64,000 nt of DNA from Escherichia coli (GTDB taxonomy: Bacteria; Pseudomonadota; Gammaproteobacteria; Enterobacterales; Enterobacteriaceae). Both the position numbers and the translations under genes were made by a program. Under the pieces are notes generated by a model. The model saw nothing but the letters and a program-made list of their open reading frames with translations, was not told the DNA's origin and did no database searches. Below, piece after piece: positions 29,210 to 38,759 of the stretch (its first letter is position 1; every line of letters begins with the position of its first letter). The stretch lies in assembly GCF_016026235.1 (NCBI RefSeq), contig NZ_CP065613.1, one strand, 5' to 3'.

Positions 29210-29859
29210 TGGACTTTTTATCTGTTTTACTGCAGCAGCGAACCCGCTCAATAGGAATCATTATTCCTGATGTGGTTATTACCGAAAAGCACACTGACGC
29301 CTTGGAAATTACGGAACATCCGGTTGAACAGCCCACGAATGCTGGTGCCAGTGGTGAGGGCGCTGGTTACATATCAGAACACGCATTCAGGCGCCCTTCT
29401 GAGGTTGTGATGGAAACCGGTTTTTCCGGAGGCGGATCGCTGCTTGATTTTGCCAGTAACCTGACTGCTACCAGTTTACTGGGGCTGAGCCCGAAAGAAC
29501 TGTATCAGGAACTGCTTAACTTGCAGCGGAATCGTATTCCTTTCGATGTGACAACCGGCAAGCGTATTTACAACAATATGTTGATAAAAACGCTGGAGGT
29601 CACGACCGATAAGAGTAGTGAAAATGTGCTTCTGGCGACACTTACCCTCAGGGAAGTAATTATTACCTCCACGCAGTCAGTCAGGGTTGCCCCGAAAAAC
29701 AATATGACCGAGGGAGTCGGAACGTCTGCTGTGCAGAATACAGGCACCAAAACAACGGTGCCGCCGAATAATTCCATTCTGAAATCGCTGCCACAGATGG
29801 CGCAAGAAGGTATCTCCACTGTTGATGGGTATTTGAGCAATTTATTTCTGGGAAGGTGA
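29209..29859 (+). CDS. Tail/baseplate assembly protein
   Basis: 216 aa; start overlaps tape-measure stop. Confidence 0.5.
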   Translation: MDFLSVLLQQRTRSIGIIIPDVVITEKHTDALEITEHPVEQPTNAGASGEGAGYISEHAFRRPSEVVMETGFSGGGSLLDFASNLTATSLLGLSPKELYQELLNLQRNRIPFDVTTGKRIYNNMLIKTLEVTTDKSSENVLLATLTLREVIITSTQSVRVAPKNNMTEGVGTSAVQNTGTKTTVPPNNSILKSLPQMAQEGISTVDGYLSNLFLGR

Positions 29860-29862
29860 TTC

Positions 29863-30165
29863 ATGAAAGCCGTAGAAATCCCACTGGTTGCTGACAATCA
29901 GACTTTTGCCACCACAATTAACGGTTCGGTTTATCACCTGTCTGTCATCTGGCGAGGCGAGTGCTGGGTTCTGGATCTTGCTGACAGCAATGGCTCCGCC
30001 ATTATATCAGGTATACCGATGATTACGGGGGCTGACCTGCTGGCACAGTATCGATATATGGATCTGGGTTTTTCTCTGGTGGTGCTCTGCGACGTGGCAG
30101 GGCAGGAGAATCCGACGCAATTCGATCTTGGAACGCTCTCACACCTCTATGTTTTCACGGAGTAA
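29863..30165 (+). CDS. Tail protein, hypothetical
   Basis: 100 aa ORF. Confidence 0.45.
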   Translation: MKAVEIPLVADNQTFATTINGSVYHLSVIWRGECWVLDLADSNGSAIISGIPMITGADLLAQYRYMDLGFSLVVLCDVAGQENPTQFDLGTLSHLYVFTE

Positions 30166-30167
30166 CA

Positions 30168-31208
30168 ATGTCGAAAAACTGGATGCGTCACTTTGAATTA
30201 TTGCTTGTTGATGATAAGGGCGACGGGATAAAAATTTCTGAGCTTAAAGTCACTTTCAATATTCAGAAAATGCCTGCGACCATATTTAATGGATTTGTTG
30301 GAAATTTTAAGGTTTATAACCTGTCTCCTACCACTCAGAACCGGATTATGCAGAAGGAGTTTTCGCGTATACAGGTTATTGCCGGATACAAGGGGCAACC
30401 GGATGCAGCAGGTAATTATCCTGATGAAAACGTTGGTATGATATTCAATGGAGATATCCGTTTTACTGTCACTGGTAAAGATAATGCCACAGACAGTTGG
30501 ATCATGTTGCAGTGTATTGACAGCTGGGAAGGCCACCTGAACGCAAGTGTGAAAACCACAGTGGCTGCTGGCTGGAAGTACAGCGATCTTTTCAGTCTGG
30601 GTATGAAATCATTCGAACCATATGGCATCGAATCCGGTGCAGTTCCTGACATGCCTGAAACGGTATTTCCCCGAGGTCGCGTTGTTTATCAAAACACATC
30701 AAGGTTGATGAATCATATCGCAGGGCAGTGTAAAGCTAACTGGTGGTATGAAAATAATCTGGTAAATATTGTTCCTGAAGATAAATATATTGGTGTTGCT
30801 ACGGTGTTGAATGCTAACACCGGGCTTATCAGTATGCCACAGCAGACGATGGGAGCTGGCGTAAATGTCAGATGTCTGATTAATCCAAATATTAAGCTCG
30901 GTGGGCTTATTCGTCTGGATCAGGCATCTGTATACCGTGCCTCTTTGAGTAATGACCAGGTAGCGAAATCGCCAGCACGACTGGATGAGTCTGAAAGCGA
31001 CGGTAATCTCTACGTTAACGGTCTGCCAGGCATGTCACAGCCTGCCAGCATTAATACTGACGGTGATTACATTGTGGGCAGCATTGATTATACTGGCGAC
31101 ACCCGAGGGCAGGCGTGGTATATGGACCTGCTTTGCCTGGCTAAAGGGAGTAAAAGTTTACTCACTCCTGATACGATAGCGAAAATAAGTGGGGTACCAA
31201 ATGCTTAA
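30168..31208 (+). CDS. Baseplate hub-like protein
   Basis: 346 aa ORF in baseplate module. Confidence 0.5.
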   Translation: MSKNWMRHFELLLVDDKGDGIKISELKVTFNIQKMPATIFNGFVGNFKVYNLSPTTQNRIMQKEFSRIQVIAGYKGQPDAAGNYPDENVGMIFNGDIRFTVTGKDNATDSWIMLQCIDSWEGHLNASVKTTVAAGWKYSDLFSLGMKSFEPYGIESGAVPDMPETVFPRGRVVYQNTSRLMNHIAGQCKANWWYENNLVNIVPEDKYIGVATVLNANTGLISMPQQTMGAGVNVRCLINPNIKLGGLIRLDQASVYRASLSNDQVAKSPARLDESESDGNLYVNGLPGMSQPASINTDGDYIVGSIDYTGDTRGQAWYMDLLCLAKGSKSLLTPDTIAKISGVPNA

Positions 31209-31443
31209 ATGGATCTTATTACTGGTATATTTTGTGACTTTGTCTTCTGTGGCTGCGGTAACATGCACCACTTCAAATACAGGAACAACTTACTGTACTG
31301 GTACAGACAGTAGTGGTTCTACAGTTAAAACAGAATCTTATACAACCAATACAGGTACTACGTATACCACAGGAACGATTAATGGGAGTGCAGTACATCG
31401 TGAATGCCAGGCGACCAATACTGGCACAACGTACTGTAATTAA
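31201..31443 (+). CDS. Small secreted Thr/Gly-rich repeat protein (moron candidate)
   Basis: ~80 aa from ATG 31201; hydrophobic signal-like N-terminus; three NTGTTY(C/T) repeats with Cys. Confidence 0.45.
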   Translation: MLKWILLLVYFVTLSSVAAVTCTTSNTGTTYCTGTDSSGSTVKTESYTTNTGTTYTTGTINGSAVHRECQATNTGTTYCN

Positions 31444-31478
31444 TTTTTTTAAGAAATCAGCTATAAGAGACATTTGTA

Positions 31479-31820
31479 ATGAAGAAAATATTCCTTCTCG
31501 CAGTGTTGACTCCAACAATTTGTGTAGGTGGAACGCTGAATGATTTTTTTGGACTGCACACCTCACTGGCTGATAACTACATCATCAAGAGAGAGATCAC
31601 AAATAGGGCTGTTTCTAATGCGGCTATGGACGCTGTATCTAATGGTCGTGAGGCGGATTTTGGTGATGAGTTAATGAAAGAACATGGTGATAGTTATGGT
31701 GAAATAGCTCTGCGTCAACTCGCTTTCGAGTGCGGTTATTCTTTTTCCGATAGTGGCCAATCTCTTACGATTCTAAAAAAAGAAGAATGTAGATTGGTGC
31801 TATCTGAAAATAAGAAATGA
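31479..31820 (+). CDS. Small secreted/lipoprotein-like protein (moron candidate)
   Basis: 113 aa; N-terminal signal-like MKKIFLLAVLTPTICVGG; followed by terminator. Confidence 0.45.
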   Translation: MKKIFLLAVLTPTICVGGTLNDFFGLHTSLADNYIIKREITNRAVSNAAMDAVSNGREADFGDELMKEHGDSYGEIALRQLAFECGYSFSDSGQSLTILKKEECRLVLSENKK

Positions 31821-31885
31821 GTTCGCTAAATTAACTTTTCACGGTAATTGCTTCTATCACCATGGAAAGAAAACTAGCTACATAA

Positions 31886-31910
31886 AACCCGCCTTCGAGT
31901 GGGTTTTTTG
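31886..31910 (+). terminator. Intrinsic terminator
   Basis: aacccgc...gtgggtt hairpin followed by TTTTTT. Confidence 0.45.
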
Positions 31911-31928
31911 CTTTCTGGAGGCATATGA

Positions 31929-32681
31929 ATGCCAGTTTCTTTAAGCGCTCAACTTGGTAGCAAAGAACAGGCCGATGTAAGACTTGCTGGCTCTGTCATG
32001 TCGGCGCTGCGTGTTTCTATGCCCGGCATCGTCCAGTCATTTGATCCGGACACGGTAACGGTAGTTGTTCAACCAGCGATTAAAGGCTATGAGCCAGACT
32101 CAAATGGAATCAACCAGTCGACGACATTACCCTTGCTGGTGGATGTGCCAGTGGTATTCCCGCGCGGCGGAGGCTGTACGTTGACTTTTCCGGTAAAAGC
32201 CGGGGATGAGTGTCTTGTCGTTTTTGCCGATCGTTGTATTGATTTCTGGTGGCAGAGTGGCGGGATACAGGAGCCGGTTGATGACAGAATGCATGATTTA
32301 TCGGATGCGTTTTGTATTGTAGGTCCCCAGTCGCAGGCGAGGAAGATTAGCGGTATTAATACCAGTGCCACACAGTTGCGTAGTGACGACGGCAGTACCT
32401 ATTTTGAGCTTAATCCTGATACCAGGAAAATTAAAATTGTCGCTCCGGGTGGTCTTGATGTGGTTGCCCCTCTGGCTGATTTTTCTGAGAAAGTAACCAT
32501 TCATGGCCTGTTAACCTGGATGGGTGGCATGGTGGGGTCTGTTGTTTCTGGTGTGGCTTCAAAAATCACTGGTGCTGTTGAGTTTTTGGGTAGCGTGAAG
32601 GCTAACGGCAAGCCAATCGATGATACGCACACTCATGGTGGTGTTCAGCGCGGTGGAAGCAATACCGACGGAGTAAACTGA
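31929..32681 (+). CDS. Baseplate spike/gpV-like protein
   Basis: 250 aa; Gly-rich C-terminus; precedes gpW-like and J-like genes. Confidence 0.5.
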   Translation: MPVSLSAQLGSKEQADVRLAGSVMSALRVSMPGIVQSFDPDTVTVVVQPAIKGYEPDSNGINQSTTLPLLVDVPVVFPRGGGCTLTFPVKAGDECLVVFADRCIDFWWQSGGIQEPVDDRMHDLSDAFCIVGPQSQARKISGINTSATQLRSDDGSTYFELNPDTRKIKIVAPGGLDVVAPLADFSEKVTIHGLLTWMGGMVGSVVSGVASKITGAVEFLGSVKANGKPIDDTHTHGGVQRGGSNTDGVN

Positions 32682-33034
32682 TGCGATACAGACGTGAAGA
32701 CGCCGATGGCGATTACACCTTTGGCAGCGGTGATGACACCTGGCTGATTAACTCACCGGAGGCCGTGGCGCAGGCGGTAAAAACGCGATTCGAATTGTGG
32801 TATGGGCAATGGTTTCTCGACACCACCGAGGGGACTCCGTGGATCCAGTCCGTACTCGGTAAGCAGAAGCCGGAAACCTACAACCTGGCGATCCGTAAGC
32901 GCATCCTCGAAACGCGGGGCGTTAAATCAATCCTCTCTTTCAATACTACGGTGGATACCACGACCCGACGTGTCAGGTTTTCCACTGAAATCGACACTCT
33001 CTATGGAATAACGACTGTTACATCGGAGGCGTAA
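32681..33034 (+). CDS. Baseplate wedge gpW-like protein
   Basis: 117 aa ORF with ATGA overlap. Confidence 0.5.
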   Translation: MRYRREDADGDYTFGSGDDTWLINSPEAVAQAVKTRFELWYGQWFLDTTEGTPWIQSVLGKQKPETYNLAIRKRILETRGVKSILSFNTTVDTTTRRVRFSTEIDTLYGITTVTSEA

Positions 33035-34233
33035 TGGCTCTGAACCTTGATTCTCTCGGTTTATCTGCAAAGGTAACCGCGGAGGGGATCAGTGCGCCTG
33101 ATTATCAGACGATACTCAGCACCCTGATTAGCTATTTTCAGCAGATTTATGGTAGTGATGCCTACCTCGAACCGGACAGTAAAGACGGTCAGATGGTGGC
33201 TCTGATGGCGCTGGCGATTCATGATGCCAATAATATGGCTATAACTGTCTACAACTGTTTTTCACCGGCAACCGGCTATGGGGCTGCACTGACCAGTAAC
33301 GTGAAAATAAATGGTATTTCACGTAAAGGCGCGACGAACTCTACGGTTGATTTGCTTCTTACAGGAACAGCCGGAACAACCATCATTAATGGCAGCGTGA
33401 AAGATGGTAATAATGTGATATGGCGTTTGCCTGCGTCAGTGGTGGTCGGTGTGGATGGTACAGTGATGGCGACCGCAAGATGTTCCGTCAGTGGTGCAGT
33501 GGCGGCGCTGGCTGGAACTATCACTGAAATTAATACGCCAACCCGTGGCTGGGTTTCGGTAATTAATCCTGCTGCGGCTACTGTTGGCTCTCCGGCAGAA
33601 ACTGATGCTGAGTTACGTATCCGCCAGTCGCAAAGTGTTGCGTTGCCATCAATAACCCCATTTGAAGCACTGGATGGTGCTGTTTCTAATGTTGCCGGTG
33701 TAACCCGCCACAAACTCTATGAAAACGATACTGGTTCGGAGGACGGTAACGGGTTACCGCCACACTCTGTTGCTGTAATTGTGGATGGCGGTGATGTGAC
33801 GGATATTGCTCAGGCTATCAGAGGGAATAAAGGCCAGGGGACAGCCACTCACGGTACAACATCCGTTACGGTTCCGGATAAATACGGCAATCCCCATGTA
33901 ATCAAATTCTCGCGTTCCAGTGATGTGCCTGTTTATGCCCGGATTAAATTAAAAGTTTTTACGGGTTATACCTCACAGATAGGGCAGCAGATCCAGCAGG
34001 TTATTTCCGACTATATCAATAGTCTGACGATTGGTGATTCGGTCCTTTTAAGTCGCATTTACTCACCGGCGAATCTTGGCGTGGTGAGTGGCGGGAATGC
34101 ACGCTATTACGATATTCAGGAGCTGACGATTGGGAAATCCCCGGGGGCTTTGTCGTCATCAAACATTGATATCAGATACAACGAATCTGCGTCCTGTACC
34201 CCGGAAAATATCGTTATAACGGTGGAGTCATGA
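33034..34233 (+). CDS. Baseplate J-like protein
   Basis: 399 aa ORF. Confidence 0.55.
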   Translation: MALNLDSLGLSAKVTAEGISAPDYQTILSTLISYFQQIYGSDAYLEPDSKDGQMVALMALAIHDANNMAITVYNCFSPATGYGAALTSNVKINGISRKGATNSTVDLLLTGTAGTTIINGSVKDGNNVIWRLPASVVVGVDGTVMATARCSVSGAVAALAGTITEINTPTRGWVSVINPAAATVGSPAETDAELRIRQSQSVALPSITPFEALDGAVSNVAGVTRHKLYENDTGSEDGNGLPPHSVAVIVDGGDVTDIAQAIRGNKGQGTATHGTTSVTVPDKYGNPHVIKFSRSSDVPVYARIKLKVFTGYTSQIGQQIQQVISDYINSLTIGDSVLLSRIYSPANLGVVSGGNARYYDIQELTIGKSPGALSSSNIDIRYNESASCTPENIVITVES

Positions 34234-34910
34234 GCAAATACACCGAACTAATCACGAACTACCACGCCACCAAACCTAAATTTCTTGCGCATGTTGATCT
34301 GATGACTCGGCCACTTATTGATGTTGCGGCTGCCACCAGAGGGCTGATTACTGCATTTGATATTGACTCTGCGGTTGGTGTGCAACTTGACATTCTGGGA
34401 TTGTGGATCGGACGTAGCCGTGTTGTCAGCCAGCCTATCTCAGGTGTCTATTTCAGCTGGGATACCGACGGGCTTGGATATGATCAGGGGGTATGGCAGG
34501 GACCATACGATCCTGATTCCGGATACATGTACCTCAGCGATGAAACTTATCGTGTCATTCTTAAAGCGAAGATTGCGATTAATAACTGGGATGGACGGAA
34601 TGATTCGCTTCCGGCAATTCTTGACGCTGCAACAGCAGGATCCGGGCTGCGAATGCAGATAGTCGATAATCAGGACATGACGATATCGGTCTGGGTCTTT
34701 CCTGATACTGATATTTCAGATGTATCGTGTGAGTTAATTGCGGCAATTAAACAGGGGTATCTCACAGTAAAAGCCGCCGGGGTATGGGCGGGTGGCATTG
34801 AAACACCTTCGGTGGAAACCCCATCGGAAGGCTCAAAATTTTTTGGTTTTGATATGGATAACGAATTCATCAGTGGTTTTGATGTAGGAGCATGGGGAGT
34901 ATTACTCTGA
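34230..34910 (+). CDS. Baseplate/tail-fibre adaptor protein
   Basis: 226 aa ORF. Confidence 0.5.
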   Translation: MSKYTELITNYHATKPKFLAHVDLMTRPLIDVAAATRGLITAFDIDSAVGVQLDILGLWIGRSRVVSQPISGVYFSWDTDGLGYDQGVWQGPYDPDSGYMYLSDETYRVILKAKIAINNWDGRNDSLPAILDAATAGSGLRMQIVDNQDMTISVWVFPDTDISDVSCELIAAIKQGYLTVKAAGVWAGGIETPSVETPSEGSKFFGFDMDNEFISGFDVGAWGVLL

Positions 34911-36166
34911 TGGCGAAAAATGACTTTAAAGCGTTTGCAACGGGTAAAAATGCCAATGTTATGTCGCAGGAGGAATGGGAAGCGTTGCCTGCGCTTTTAT
35001 CCGGATTTACAGCAGGGAAAGCATCCAGTGCGCAAGTCAATAAGGTTATTCGGCAGGCCAGCTTTATTGCTGCAGCTCTGGCCCAGTTTGTAAGTGACAA
35101 AACGCAACGGGATGTGCTTGATAATGGTGATCTGCCCGGTTTTGTTGAATTGCTGGGATCGGGGTTTGCTGTTGAATACCTGAGCCGCAAGAATCCGTTT
35201 GGCGATATCAAATCGGATGGCACGGTGAAAACGGCTCTCGAAAACCTTGGTTTACAGGAAACGGTAAACAAGGCTGGTAACGCTGTCCAAAAGACAGGCG
35301 ATACCTTGTCCGGTGGACTTACTTTTGAAAACGACTCAATCCTCGCCTGGATTCGGAATACTGACTGGGCAAAGATTGGTTTTAAAAATGATGCCGACAG
35401 CGATACTGATTCATACATGTGGTTTGAAACAGGTGACAACGGCAATGAGTATTTCAAATGGAGACACCGCCTCGCTGGCGGCCAGCTCAAAGAGCTGATG
35501 AATCTTAAATGGGATTCACTAAATATTCTGGTTAATGCCGTCATTAATGGTTGCCTTGGCATTGGTACGACGAATGCGTTAGGTGGAAATTCAATTGCTT
35601 TCGGGGATAACGATACCGGCCTGAAACAGAACGGCGATGGTCTGCTGGATGTTTATGCGAATGGACAGCATGTATTTCGTTTTCAGAATGGCGTGGCTAT
35701 TGCTTTTAAGAATATTCAGGCCGGAACTGCCAGAAAATTCACGTTATCCAGCGCCAACAACTCCACGAAAAATGCAGCGTTTTGTTTGTGGGGTAATCCA
35801 TCCAGGCCTGTTGTTGCAGAGCTTGGTGATGATTCAGGCTGGCATTTTTTCAGCCAGAGGAATACAGATAACAGCATCACGTTCGCCGTAAACGGACAGG
35901 TAATTCCGTTAAATTACGGAAACTTCGATGCCCGCTATAAACATCGAACTGAGGGGGTACAGGATGTGCGATATGGCCATGAAATGTATTACGGCCCCGG
36001 CAGTAACACCGTTTCGTGGACATTTCGCGCACCTTCGGGACACGGGCTGTCAGGGGTAAAGATATCGGATACCCACCGTAACTCAGCGGATAACGTTGAC
36101 GGTGTGTATTACCGACCGCTGCAAAAACTGATTAATGGTACCTGGTATAACGTGGCGAGCGTTTAA
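34910..36166 (+). CDS. Tail fibre protein
   Basis: ~418 aa from ATG 34910 overlapping previous stop; followed by assembly chaperone. Confidence 0.6.
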   Translation: MAKNDFKAFATGKNANVMSQEEWEALPALLSGFTAGKASSAQVNKVIRQASFIAAALAQFVSDKTQRDVLDNGDLPGFVELLGSGFAVEYLSRKNPFGDIKSDGTVKTALENLGLQETVNKAGNAVQKTGDTLSGGLTFENDSILAWIRNTDWAKIGFKNDADSDTDSYMWFETGDNGNEYFKWRHRLAGGQLKELMNLKWDSLNILVNAVINGCLGIGTTNALGGNSIAFGDNDTGLKQNGDGLLDVYANGQHVFRFQNGVAIAFKNIQAGTARKFTLSSANNSTKNAAFCLWGNPSRPVVAELGDDSGWHFFSQRNTDNSITFAVNGQVIPLNYGNFDARYKHRTEGVQDVRYGHEMYYGPGSNTVSWTFRAPSGHGLSGVKISDTHRNSADNVDGVYYRPLQKLINGTWYNVASV

Positions 36167-36168
36167 TT

Positions 36169-36714
36169 ATGTTACATTTAAAAAATATTACAGCGGGTAA
36201 TCCAAAAACTGTTGAGCAATATCAGATGACAAAACGATATTCGGTCACCTGGCTTTTTTCGGAAGACGACAAAAACTGGTATGAAGAACTGAAGAATTTC
36301 GCCAGCGACACAATAAAAATAGCTTACACCGGAGACGGTCGTGTGGTGTGGGTCGGTAAGGATGTGACAGGCATCGAGCCACGCAATGCCAGTGTTATTG
36401 AAGTTCCTGATATTACCGCTAACCGACGGATTACCGCGCCGGGTTACTGGTTTTACCGCAATGATGAATTTGTCTTTGACTACAGACTCAAAGCGGAAGA
36501 TGAGCGTGATGCCCTTCTGGCTCAGGTCAGTGCCCGGACAGGGGAATGGGAAGAAGACCTGCTGCTGGGGTTAATCAGCGACGAAGATAAAGAAAAGCTG
36601 AAAGCCTGTCGTATTTACGCGAAATCACTGCAGGCGATGGATTTCAGCGCCATCACTGATAAATCCTCATACAACGCCATTGAATGGCCCGTCTCTCCGG
36701 AAGGTTCTTCCTGA
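36169..36714 (+). CDS. Tail fibre assembly chaperone (Tfa-like)
   Basis: 181 aa directly downstream of fibre gene. Confidence 0.55.
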   Translation: MLHLKNITAGNPKTVEQYQMTKRYSVTWLFSEDDKNWYEELKNFASDTIKIAYTGDGRVVWVGKDVTGIEPRNASVIEVPDITANRRITAPGYWFYRNDEFVFDYRLKAEDERDALLAQVSARTGEWEEDLLLGLISDEDKEKLKACRIYAKSLQAMDFSAITDKSSYNAIEWPVSPEGSS

Positions 36715-36737
36715 TTTAATTTATCGCGAGAAAAACA

Positions 36738-38006
36738 ATGTCTGTAGTGATATCAGGTGCGCTGACTGATGGCGCAGGTATCCCCATGTCCGGATACCAT
36801 ATTATTCTGAAATCCCGGGTAAACACCCCGGAAGTGGTTATGCACACTGTTGCTGATGTGATGACAGGAAACGATGGTGAATACTGTTTCCATGCGCGGA
36901 CTGGAAAATATGGTGTGTATCTGAAACAGGACTGGCGCAACGAGTACAACGTTGGCGACATTGCTGTATATGAGGACTCAAAGCCCGGCACGCTGAATGA
37001 CTTTCTGATTGCTCCTGATGAGGGCGACCTGAAACCGGATGTCGTCAAACGCTTTGAGGAAATGGTGGCGCAGGCGCAGCAGAGCGCCGGGGCCGCAGCC
37101 GGAAACGCACAGCAGACGGCGCAGGATGTGGCGGCAGCCGCAGGTTATGCCCGCGCAGCAGAACAGGCCAAAAATGACATTGATGCTGCGCTGACCGGCA
37201 CTCTGAAAACGGCTAACCATCTGTCTGAAATCGCAGCAGCAGGCGAAAAGGCACAACAGAAGTCCCGGGATAATCTGGGGCTGAAAAGTGCAGCCACGAT
37301 GGAAGCACAGAGCGACATTTACGACCGGACAAAAGGCCGTCTGGCGATACCCGGCGCATTCGGCTTTGGGCGTGCTTTTCTGCCTGAAGATGTTATCCGT
37401 TTTGACACTAAGAGTGATTTCCTGGCCTGGGTAAGGAATGCGCTGCCAGGTGAATATTCCGTTGCTGGCCCCTACGACATCATCATACCCGACACACGGT
37501 TTGAAGGGGTGCTCAGCATCCGGTGGACTGATGCACGCCCTGAGACAACAGAACCGCGGTACAGAGCCAAATCCCTTACTTTTTACGGCATTAACGGCCC
37601 CATTTATCACACCCGCTACTGCTACTGGCCCATATCCAGACTGACTGGCTGGGTGAAAATAAATATAACCACAGAAGATATTATTTACAGAATCGTGGCG
37701 AGCTCTGTCCGCAACAGATGGGGAGACCCTGACATTGGCGGGCTGATTATTGCTGCGTACCAGGGAGAAGCTGACGGTGATAAAGTCATCAGACTTGTCA
37801 GGGGGCAGTCATACAGAGGCTCACGACTGGGACCGGTGGGGATTTCAGTGCCCAGTACTCCCACCGGAACGTATATAGCATCCCCACAATTTTTCATTAC
37901 GGGATGTTCAGAGCATTCATTACCGGGGTCATATTGCGCCCTGTCCGGGGTGCCGGATGCACATGTCTCTGGCGCAATGCCCGGGCTTTTTATTCGCACA
38001 TCGTGA
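36738..38006 (+). CDS. Second tail fibre / side-fibre protein
   Basis: 422 aa; Ala/Gln-rich segment AQAQQSAGAAAGNAQQTAQDVAAAAGYARAAEQAK. Confidence 0.55.
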   Translation: MSVVISGALTDGAGIPMSGYHIILKSRVNTPEVVMHTVADVMTGNDGEYCFHARTGKYGVYLKQDWRNEYNVGDIAVYEDSKPGTLNDFLIAPDEGDLKPDVVKRFEEMVAQAQQSAGAAAGNAQQTAQDVAAAAGYARAAEQAKNDIDAALTGTLKTANHLSEIAAAGEKAQQKSRDNLGLKSAATMEAQSDIYDRTKGRLAIPGAFGFGRAFLPEDVIRFDTKSDFLAWVRNALPGEYSVAGPYDIIIPDTRFEGVLSIRWTDARPETTEPRYRAKSLTFYGINGPIYHTRYCYWPISRLTGWVKINITTEDIIYRIVASSVRNRWGDPDIGGLIIAAYQGEADGDKVIRLVRGQSYRGSRLGPVGISVPSTPTGTYIASPQFFITGCSEHSLPGSYCALSGVPDAHVSGAMPGLFIRTS

Positions 38007-38016
38007 GGAATGCACC

Positions 38017-38580
38017 GTGGAAATTAAAAAAATCATTAATCCCCGTTATACCGAAAGTGGCGCAGTAGACTGTGACGTTTTTTTTGACGACAGGGACCAG
38101 GCAGTTCCCTACACAGCCACCGCTGATGATGTCGCACCGACGGGTCAGCAAATCTGGCAGGAACTGCAAAGTGGCAAATGGGGTGAGATAGCCCCATTCA
38201 CTGTGACACCAGAAATGCTGGAAGCGGCCAGAGAGGCCAGACGTCAGGAAATTGAAGCATGGCGCACAGAACAGGAGGCGAAGCCGTTCACGTTTGAATG
38301 GAACGGTCGTATCTGGAATGCTGGCCCCGACTCACTGGGCCGCCTGTCCCCGGTAGTCATGCTGGCAAAATCTGTCACAGCACAAACACATATGGCGTGG
38401 AGCGATGCCGATAATCAGCAGGTGAAACTGTCGATGCCGGAACTGGAAGAACTGGCGGCAGCAATGGTGCAGGCGCAGGTCGATCGCAACGATGAGATTT
38501 ATCGCCGTCAGCGTGAAATGAAAGAGGAGCTGAGCGGTCTGGATGATTTGGCTTCAATTCGGGCGTTTGACGTTGAGTAA
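38017..38580 (+). CDS. Second tail fibre assembly chaperone (GTG start)
   Basis: ORF 37957..38580; GTG at 38017 preceded by gaggaa SD. Confidence 0.5.
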   Translation: MEIKKIINPRYTESGAVDCDVFFDDRDQAVPYTATADDVAPTGQQIWQELQSGKWGEIAPFTVTPEMLEAAREARRQEIEAWRTEQEAKPFTFEWNGRIWNAGPDSLGRLSPVVMLAKSVTAQTHMAWSDADNQQVKLSMPELEELAAAMVQAQVDRNDEIYRRQREMKEELSGLDDLASIRAFDVE

Positions 38581-38759
38581 TGAATAAGCCGCAACTGGCG
38601 GAATCACAGAAGACCGCTTTGCTTACCGAAGCGGAGTCTGTCATCCGGCCGCCGGGGCGTGCTGTCAGGCTGAACAGGGAAACGGATGAATCCGGGGAGG
38701 CCCGGGGGCGGGCCTCTGTTTTTCCGGAGTCAGTCCGGTCTGTGGTTTATGCGATGTGA

